Source: Azolla caroliniana
Taxonomy: Eukaryota > Plantae > Polypodiophyta
Assembly: GCA_043228905.1 (NCBI GenBank)
Contig: JBHGNT010001223.1
Coordinates: 1 to 10,843 of the forward strand
DNA: 10,843 nt
Direction: 5' to 3'
Shown: positions 1 to 7,415 of the stretch, in pieces
How the letters are laid out: every line of letters starts with the position of its first letter
Position numbering within the stretch: position 1 is the first letter of the stretch
Made by a program: the position numbers and the translations under genes
The notes under the pieces: generated by a model
The model's input: only the letters and a program-made list of their open reading frames with translations
Database searches by the model: none
Told to the model about the DNA's origin: nothing

Positions 1-5
1 AAACA

Positions 6-250
6 GGAACGATGGAAAAGAATCTGCAAAGGACAAACAGGCGTTCTCAGACAAGTTGAGCATATGTGAAGACGGTTACACGAGACCAGACAGGAACGAT
101 GAAGAAGAATCTCGGGAGGCATATTTCCTCTTCTAAGAAGCTAAATGAGTGGGAAGGTGAAGAGAAAGCAGAAGAACAGACCTGTTAGAGGAGGCGGGAA
201 CGATGGAGAAGAATCGGCATGGGCCAAGGAGAGGCTCGGCTCCTGAGAAG
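6..250. repeat. Three degenerate copies of a ~45-bp module (GGAACGATGRARAAGAATC ... CTnAGA(C)AAG)
   Basis: GGAACGATGGAAAAGAATC at 6, GGAACGATGAAGAAGAATC at 93 and GGAACGATGGAGAAGAATC at 197 (spacing 87 and 104 bp). Each is followed 20-25 nt later by TTCTCAGACAAG, TTCTAAGAAG or TCCTGAGAAG. Confidence 0.65.
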
Positions 251-406
251 CTTCCGGAGATGAAAAGAGAATGCAGATCGATCTTCTTCGTCTTCTTCTT
301 CTTCTTCTTCTTCTTCTTTGTCTTCTTCTTCTTCTTCTTCTTCTTCTTCCGGAGATGAAAAGAGAATGCAGATCGATCTTCTTCGTCTTGTCTTCTTCTT
401 CTTCTT
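251..406. repeat. 95-bp tandem duplication with embedded (CTT)n microsatellite
   Basis: CTTCCGGAGATGAAAAGAGAATGCAGATCGATCTTCTTCGTCTT is identical at 251-294 and 346-389. Each copy runs into an interrupted (CTT)n tract of different length. Confidence 0.92.
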
Positions 407-603
407 TTCGAGAATGGATGAGAGCGGAATAAGGAATGGCGATGGCGATGGCGGATTTACTCGAAGAAAAACGCCTGGTTTTTTTTACTGCTTTGCGTAG
501 CAGGAAAAACACAGAAAACAAACAGAAAATGAGAGAAGAAGAAGAAGAAGAGAAATCGAACGAAAAATTCGATCCCATTCTCTTCCCTTTCAAATTTCAA
601 ATT

Positions 604-609
<6 letters not shown>

Positions 610-667
<58 letters not shown>

Positions 668-685
668 CTCCTCTCTCCTCTCTCT
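610..685. repeat. (CT)n/(GA)n microsatellite
   Basis: Pure CT repeat at 611-662, then CCTCTCT variants to 685. Confidence 0.97.
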
Positions 686-700
686 AGCCGGGAGGGATGA

Positions 701-908
701 CCAATGGGCGCGAGGCACGTCAGCAGGGACGCTCTCCTCTCTCTACGTCAAAGACAGCACAGCCTAGGCGCCCACGTGTACGGACACGTCAGCAACCTCT
801 CTCCTCTCTCTTCGCCGGCACTTCTCTCTCTCTCTACACCTGTCTACATCTCTCACTCGTCTCTCTACGCCGGCTCTTCTCTCTCCTCTCTCTACGCCGA
901 CCCAATGG
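701..908. promoter_or_regulatory. CpG-rich cluster of plant cis-motifs (ACGTCA x3, G-box, CCAAT x2) interleaved with CTCTCTAC repeats
   Basis: CACGTCAGCA at 716-725 and 785-794, TACGTCA at 744-750, CACGTG at 773-778, CCAATGG at 701-707 and 902-908. The motifs are seen directly, but a promoter function is inference. Confidence 0.35.
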
Positions 909-932
909 CCACACACACAAACACGCTCCAAA

Positions 933-1028
933 ATATACATATACATATATATATACGTATATGTATAGATATACATACATACATCTATATACGTATATGT
1001 ATGTATGTATATATAATATATGTATAGA
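933..1028. repeat. Compound (AT)/(ATAC)/(ATGT) simple repeat with internal inverted repeat
   Basis: Largely alternating purine/pyrimidine tract. ATATACATACATACAT (969-984) is the reverse complement of ATGTATGTATGTATAT (997-1012). Confidence 0.9.
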
Positions 1029-1088
1029 GTCTAGACATACATTACATATATAAACACCCATCCGAGGGCCACACTCACACGTTGTACT

Positions 1089-2580
1089 TAGGGATCGCCA
1101 AGTTGCAACGGCTCGGCTCAAGCCTAAACCGTTTGGCTAAACCGGCTTATAACGGCTCGGCTTGGCTTGAGCCTTGCCAAACAAAGCCGTTTATGGGATT
1201 TAATTAGGTTAGACAATAGAAGGCTAGAGTGAGTGACCACAGAAGACTCACAAAGTCTACTCTCTCCACACATAGTGACAACTCACGAGTCTCCATACAG
1301 ATGTGCAAGAGAGAGAGAGAGAGAGAGAGAGGGGGAGAAGGGACAACTACGACCTCCTGAGTCCTTGCTGCTTGCAGCCTACATAGTACACGCCTTTAGG
1401 TAATTACTAATCACAATTGCTATATTGATTTCCTTTCTTAGGTTCCTATATCCAGTAATTGTATCAAGGCTTGTTCCCAGCTTTGCATAGGTGGTAGTGT
1501 CTAATGGATATATATTATATGGATTCTTAGACTACTTCAAATGGCCTTCGAATACAAGGAATAAAATGGCATGAAAACAGTTTTAGAAACTCACGTGATG
1601 TGTGAATGATTTATTATCTAATGGATGCATATGTTTTTAAGCTATATTTAGTGTTTCTACATAATTACCGGTTGAAATTTCACACATACATATTGTGCAA
1701 AATAGACCGAGATAGTTATCGTGAGAGTTCCAAAACATGGAACATGGTTTTATTGGCGAGCTAATTTGAGCATGTCTCTAGCCACACTAGTAAATTGATT
1801 GTAGCTTATAGCTAATAGTATGGTTAATTAGTTTATATCTGTATAATGTTAGTAACATGTTTAAAGCAGGAACACAAGATTGACATTGTTTATCCATATG
1901 TACATACCACAGTTTACTTTAGCTATATCATTTCTAGAACATACCTAAGGGTAGAATATGTGTGTCCAAATGGTCTCTCACTAGTACATGTTGCAAGTAT
2001 TCTATCATAATATTATAACACTATGAGTAAACATTGTAAAAATAAAAGGATAGTATTTCTTTATATGCTCATGAAAGGAAGCTTCTTGATACTAAATCTT
2101 CCATTGGCCTTGAGCCTCGAACATTACTAATTCTCCTCCTTCATCGTGGTGTACGTGTGGTTTAGTGCACCAAATCTCTATACATGTGGCAACTTTATAA
2201 ATTATGTATAAGATACAAGTGTTCCCACTATAGTCTCTTTTAATTGGATGGTAGGTAATACCTAGCAAGATACACGGGTGTCCATGACTTTGTCTAACTT
2301 TAGGTTAGGAATCGGAAACATTTTGGATATAGTTACATACATTTGCTATTTCTTTCTTTGTTACTGTACACTATTTATTCTATGAATTTTATTTTGGTTA
2401 TAGATACATACATTTATATGGAAGATAGTCACAAACTGTTTCACGAGCCAGTTTAGGACAAACCGGTTTATGGATTGGTTTGGTTCAGGTTTGAGAACCC
2501 CAAAATGGTTTAGGCTTAACTAGTTTGGCTTGGATAAGGCCAAACCGGCTAAGCCTAAACTGAACCGTTGTCGATCCCTA
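1089..2580. mobile_element. Non-autonomous hAT-superfamily DNA transposon, 1492 bp
   Basis: TIRs are TAGGGATCGCCAA (1089-1101) and TTGTCGATCCCTA (2568-2580), 12/13 complementary and similar to the Ac/Ds TAGGGATG end. The 8-bp TSD is GTTGTACT (1081-1088) / GCTGTACT (2581-2588), 7/8 identical. Dense subterminal AACGG/AAACCG/GGCT motifs lie at 1106-1195 and 2447-2567. No transposase ORF. Confidence 0.92.
1308..1331. repeat. (AG)n microsatellite inside the hAT element
   Basis: About 12 AG units read directly. Confidence 0.9.
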
Positions 2581-4152
2581 GCTGTACTACATACATGGTT
2601 TTATAGTGTGTGCTTTATACACACAAGTGCTATACCCTTGGCCACAATAGTGCGAGCATGAAAAATTTTAAGTCTTTAAATTGCTAACGTAAGTCCAAAC
2701 CTCTGGAAACCTCCACCTTGACCATGGCCACCTGCATGTCTCTTCACATGCTCTGTTCGTCAAAGTTTATTGTTGCAATATCAATTTGCTTTCTTTCTTT
2801 TCTTTTGCGAGTTGGTGGCGGTGATACCACTGGTTAAATGTAGCGAGTTTCTTCAAGGTGGCCCCTAACAAGAGACGATGAAATGCGTTTTGTGATTTGA
2901 TTCCCTCATAGGATGGGGAATCTCTTTGAAAAGGAAGAAATGGAAACCCACATCTCCTAGGATTTTAGCCACTACTTCGAGGGAAACCGCCTTCATTTTA
3001 GATAGTACAAAAATTGTGAATTCTATGTGCAAAGTAATGTTTAGAATCCACTCATTGCTTATTCATGGCCATGTCAACAATCAATAAGCATGATCGTGTT
3101 GATGACTCTTTGTTTATTAGAATTTATGGATGTGATTTATCGTCAATAACCATATTATTACATAATATTATAAATCTAAGACTCAAGAGCATTATCATTC
3201 ATCATAGGTAGGAGGTGAGGAGCTAGAGGGGTCTTAATTATGGGAACATCGTGAATAAGACTCCATGCCAAAATATCGTAAATGATCAAGTGCACGAAAT
3301 AACTATGTATGATAACCAAGTATATTACACGTGATTGATTACTTCTCATTCGTCACATTGATGAGAACTTGCTATATGATAGACTACATAAACAGGTAGA
3401 TGATGACCATAATTTTGCATGCATGTTGGTTACGTGAAAACTAAACAAAGGACATGTGTTTATGAACTTGGTATTGATGGTAACCCCTAGTTTGCTTTGT
3501 GGTTATGATTGTACAAGCATTTCATTTCATGAAGTATTATGTTTCCATACAAAATGTCCATGGACTGGATTTTGCTTGTGTTATTGTGGTTTTGTATTCC
3601 ACGTCTAACCTTGATAAGTTCACAAGATAATTAACATTGTTAAAACAAACTAAATATTTATTACATTTCGTGGTGCACTAAATTAGCATTAGTCCACAAC
3701 AATTTCATCTAACACTTATTGTGTCAAACATGTAAGTATTAAAATGTTGGTATTTTTAAGAATATGTCCATTTCCAACAACATAGCGGTTGGCAATATTA
3801 ATTTGAGTATGAATTTGGATGGCCCCTTGTGGGCATCTTCCGAAGTTGTGAAAATGACGACCATCGTTAGAGAACAAGTTCACCATCTCACATGAAATAC
3901 GTTTGTTTTATCTCTTGGAATGTTTTTGTTCGCCAAAACTCGAGAATAAGTACAAACTATTATCTTTACTAAAAACAATAGACCAAATGAGGCATGAGGA
4001 CAACATAGGTGAAAAACAAACATTTTTTATTATTTATTCATAACATCATACATGGTAGGATTGGCAGGAGATCTTGTTTTTATGAGCGTGGCTCGAGAAA
4101 ATTTAAAGATGCGATAAAAACAAAACAATGCATTGCATGACATAGCGATTTT

Positions 4153-5060
4153 GATTATATCTTAGTTGCAAAATCATTGGGAAAAGGTTATTGCATGGTT
4201 ATCTAACATAGGTATGAGCAAATAAAACCTGAGCATTAGGAATTATCTCATGAGTGATTTGATATTATGAAAAATGACCATAACGCCACTCTTTGTCATA
4301 CTAAATTGGAAAAAGCATATAATATAACCAAGTTGTTTTTGTCTATTTCCCACATGTACAACCTTGTTAAGAAAACAATAACCAATCTACTCAATAGAAT
4401 CCATCTATTAATACTACGTATAATGTAGAAGGTCAACATGCACAAAGCATTCTCTACGAATAATATAATCAAATAAGGAATTTGGTTCAAGAGAGAAGAT
4501 GAATAAGTAAGTCATTGCACGAGGAACCACACACGTGAAAGCATTACCTTTATACACCCAAAAAAAGGTTTATCGATGGCTTTGCAATTTGTTGCTCATA
4601 GATTCACAAGCTTACAAATAAAGTTTGTGCTTTACATTACTATAGTTATTATTGGTTAAAGTCTCGATTGGCATTGTGTGCATTAAGATAATCATTATTG
4701 TGAGTCGTGACAATAGGTATATGATGTATGACCAATGGCTTGGAAATGGAATGATGGTAATAGCCTAGTGGTGAGGGTACTCTCAACTAATAAAATTGTC
4801 AAGCCTTAGCAAAAGTACAAACACATGTTTTGAACCACCACATCTCATCATAGCATGAATTTGATTCCCGTACGAGTTGATGTGATATTTGATTCGCTCA
4901 AATGTCCTTCCATGTCAACAATCAAGATGAGCCCATGTAGATATCTCATAATAATGGTGATTATGTCAAGAGTATCCACCCATTTTCATGCGTGTTGGGT
5001 TGGGTTGTTACAATAATATGACGCATGATTGTTGGGAGCATTCGTCACTTTGTGGGTGGT
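4153..5060 (+). pseudogene. Highly decayed non-LTR retrotransposon (L1-clade LINE) ORF2 reverse-transcriptase relic
   Basis: Hand translation gives colinear degenerate motifs, nearly all in frame +1: DYILVAKSL (4153; cf. DYKILAKxL), LEKAYN (4306; cf. DxEKAYD), NRIHLL...KVNMHKAFSTNNIIK*GIW (4393-4485; cf. WIKLL...RVxVNGxxSxxFxIxRGVR, same spacing), LQFVAH (4582; cf. LQFADD), G*SLDWH (4654; cf. GLxINWHK), WKW (4741), HFHACW (4981; cf. YxxSCW), IRHF (5040, shifted frame; cf. IRNFLW). Several inter-motif distances are shorter than canonical and the true boundaries are unknown. Confidence 0.6.
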
Positions 5061-5821
5061 TGACTTCTATACAACTATTCCTTACATTGCCCAATGTCCA
5101 TGTTTTCCTATTAATACTTAATGGCCAACCATTAAATATCTCCTCAACATATTTAACACCATGATTTACAAACAATAGTGTATCCTAAAAGGTTAGCATT
5201 TACCTACTATGGTATCGATAAACCTTGAATACTCGTCTTTACAAGGTTTCATGTGTAGGAAAATATTCTGAAATGTGTGGCATATGTTTTATATTACCAT
5301 TAGTATGACGGTTATATTTGAGACTATGAGATAAAAAGTAACATTCTAGAGGCCAATGGTGTTACTTTGGTCACGATATGATATTCTCAAAAAAACTGTA
5401 TTTCAAAGAATAATTTGGTAGCTTGCATAATCTCAAAGCAAAACAATTAGGAAGGCTTTCTACCATAAACACAACATCATCCCATTGTCAAAGGCGCGAG
5501 CTCATAATTTGAATGTTGCAATGCATAAATGTTTTTTTATTTATGTTTGAAATCCTTGAATTAAACATAATAATGTCACGATTATGTCATTTTCTCTCTC
5601 TACATCTTGGAAATGTGTGTAACTAACAAAAATGTAAAGCCATTTTACGAGGAGCAAATAAGTGGTGTGCTTGACTTGAAATGAAGAAAGCGTGAAGAAA
5701 TTTTCACTGAACACATCAAATAGTCAATGTAACAAATTAGCCTTTTGCCTTCTCAAAAGGAACATGGTTGTTTAGAGTCTATTACTAATCAATAGACCAA
5801 AATAAAGTAAAAAGAAGGAAA

Positions 5822-6148
5822 ATAGATTGGATAGAAGAACCCGTTCCACCCGACCACCCCCGAGCTATGATCTAGACATAGCCAATCGACGCCCCATACT
5901 GCCGGATATTATGATGACTAGTATCTTGGAAGAGATAACATGATCACCGAGACGAAAGCCTAGCCTGCACCACCGGTGTCTAATACAGTAATCTTTCGAT
6001 GTAATGTGCTTATGAGGGTAGCTAAGCCTCATATTTATACCTATTCCTAAGCCCCTTGAATAGATGTGCCTTTCTAAAAGGCTCTCCATTCATTGGTTGT
6101 CCAAATCATGATAGTGCATGCACCGACCATTCATTCTATCCAATCACA
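5822..6148 (-). mobile_element. 3' LTR (~327 bp) of a minus-strand LTR retrotransposon
   Basis: On the minus strand, PPT AAAGAGGGGAG plus TAA is followed by TGTGATTGGATAGAA. There is a 12-bp terminal inverted repeat GATTGGATAGAA (5825-5836) / TTCTATCCAATC (6134-6145), and TATAAATA on the minus strand at 6032-6039. The distal CA terminus is degenerate, so the left boundary is approximate. Confidence 0.65.
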
Positions 6149-6151
6149 TTA

Positions 6152-6162
6152 CTCCCCTCTTT
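6152..6162 (-). other. Polypurine tract (PPT)
   Basis: CTCCCCTCTTT on + (AAAGAGGGGAG on -), 3 nt from the TGT LTR start. Confidence 0.65.
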
Positions 6163-6189
6163 AACATTAGTGAACATACCCTTCACTTA

Positions 6190-6681
6190 TGTAAATATTA
6201 GTTTTTGGCCCTAGGAGTATGATTTGGAGGAGAAATGTGGATGGGGAAAAGTCGGATTAATAATATAAATATTAGTTAATAATTTTATAAGAAAGGACCA
6301 ATCCAGATAGTTGTATCGATCCGGATTTGCATCAATTAGTAACCAGTAGCCGGTAAGGCATCGTTTTGTAAATTCATACCGGATGCCTATAAAAGGATCC
6401 CGATTGATGTATAAACTTTACAGAAGTAATATGAGCTTAAGCATATTTCTTTGTTAATCTTATTGTCTCTCTTGTGTACTACTATTATTAATCATATGCA
6501 TGTAATTAAGGATCGGATACGTACTCAGTGGTCTGGAAGGCAATCCGGAATTAGTTGGAGTATTATGTATACTTTGTCGGATCAATATCGAATAAGCATC
6601 CATATCCGTATCACCCCTTAGGATACGTGTTACTGATAGGACACCCTATGTTTGTGGCTAGTCTGACCCAAGATAAACACA
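6190..6681 (+). repeat. 5' LTR (~490 bp) of the Arg-PBS element
   Basis: Starts TGTAAATATTAGTTTTTGGCCC and ends GATAAACACA (end could be 6679 or 6681). CCTATAAAAGG contains a TATA box at 6388-6394. Followed by ATTT and the PBS. Confidence 0.62.
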
Positions 6682-6685
6682 ATTT

Positions 6686-6695
6686 TGGCGACCAC
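6686..6695 (+). other. Primer binding site complementary to tRNA-Arg (probably UCG) 3' end
   Basis: TGGCGACCAC is the reverse complement of GTGGTCG-CCA, the 3' end I recall for plant cytosolic tRNA-Arg(UCG). The match is only ~10 nt. Confidence 0.6.
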
Positions 6696-6730
6696 GATTC
6701 CTGCATAGAGCAGTGAACAACAGGGAATGG

Positions 6731-7039
6731 ATGTCTAGGCAGACGAACGACCCAATAGCCAAGCGAGTGAGAAGATTAGTCGAATGACTGTGGAGGTGGG
6801 AAGAGTATCAGCAAGCGGCAAAAGAGATCCGACAGGATCGATCTTTTCCCAGAGTTCTCCGGCGGGTTGCGGAAGAAATGGTCTAAATACAAAATCAACG
6901 ACAAGCAGATGAAGAAAGCAACCTGACCAGTCTACTCGACGTCGAGTCGATACTGCGGTCTCTAGCAACATGCATCTCAACTTCCCTTAGAAATCGAAAC
7001 GCACGGATTCAACTTCCCTCAGGAAGAGCAAGCCGGAAT
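6731..7039 (+). pseudogene. Degenerate first ORF (putative Gag N-terminus) of the Arg-PBS element, truncated by the copia insertion
   Basis: ATG 35 nt after the PBS: MSRQTNDPIAKRVRRLVE*LWRWEEYQQAAKEIRQDRSFPRVLRRVAEEMV*IQNQRQADEESNL... There are only two stops (TGA 6785, TAA 6884), each one C>T change from CGA/CAA. No recognisable domain. Confidence 0.5.
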
Positions 7040-7314
7040 TGTAAGGAGGAGAATAGAACTCAACTTCCCATAGAAATAGGTTTCACACTAGCTCATGGAC
7101 ATACCATGCTAGTTTTGTAAATAGTAGAAAGGGCCCTTGCCCTAGTTTAGTTGGTATTTAAACCAACCCTTTGTAACTTTGTTACTGTTGGAAGTAATAT
7201 ACAGTCTTCTTGTTAAGAGCTCTCCCCCCCTCTCTCTCTGTTTGTTGTACACACACACACACACACACACAATTATCTTCTGCTGCATTACACCACCAAC
7301 TCCATTTCTTTACA
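7040..7314 (+). repeat. 5' LTR (275 bp) of the copia element
   Basis: TGTAAGGA...TCTTTACA (7/8 inverted), TATTTAAA at 7155-7162, (AC)11 at 7249-7270, immediately followed by the PBS. An alternative start, TGTAAA at 7116, cannot be excluded. Confidence 0.8.
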
Positions 7315-7326
7315 TGGTATTAGAGC
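7315..7326 (+). other. Primer binding site for initiator tRNA-Met
   Basis: TGGTATTAGAGC versus canonical TGGTATCAGAGC (one C>T). Confidence 0.92.
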
Positions 7327-7415
7327 GTGTGGTTGTTTAATCGAATCTATTCGATTGTGTTGTGGTACACGCCAACGATCAACAGAACCGGCTTATTAAC
7401 AGAGAAGAAATCACC

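Larger units (their letters stand above)
6190..7039 (+). mobile_element. 5' part of a Ty3/gypsy-like (Tat/Athila/Ogre-type non-chromovirus) LTR retrotransposon, interrupted at 7039
   Basis: TGT...ACA-bounded LTR with TATA box, a short spacer, a TGGCGACCAC PBS and a degenerate ORF. The lineage is inferred only from the Arg-type PBS and the LTR-PBS spacer. No pol domains are in the window. Confidence 0.65.

Noticed and set aside
6-406. Repeat-spacer pattern as a CRISPR array
   Set aside because: There are only 2-3 degenerate units with irregular long spacing and no cas genes, in a plant transposon context.
141-1121. ORFs with poly-Arg, poly-Ser, SLSL and YIYT runs
   Set aside because: They are translations of CTT, CT and AT microsatellites in overlapping frames, with no domain signal.
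1752-1800. YWRAN... as a hAT dimerisation-domain remnant
   Set aside because: The expected downstream P-L-A...SERxFS pattern is absent.
4296-4490. 64-aa minus-strand ORF
   Set aside because: It is a short AT-rich antisense shadow of the LINE relic.
5044-5061. Minus-strand NHPQSD resembling the integrase YHPQTDG motif
   Set aside because: It is an isolated motif without other integrase residues, and the same bases fit the + strand LINE IRxFLW motif in colinear context.
5769-6679. Single 911-bp LTR bounded by TGTTTA...TAAACA
   Set aside because: The interval contains an oppositely oriented TATA box, PPT and inverted termini (5822-6162), so two abutting LTRs fit better. The 6-bp match is probably chance, though not excluded.
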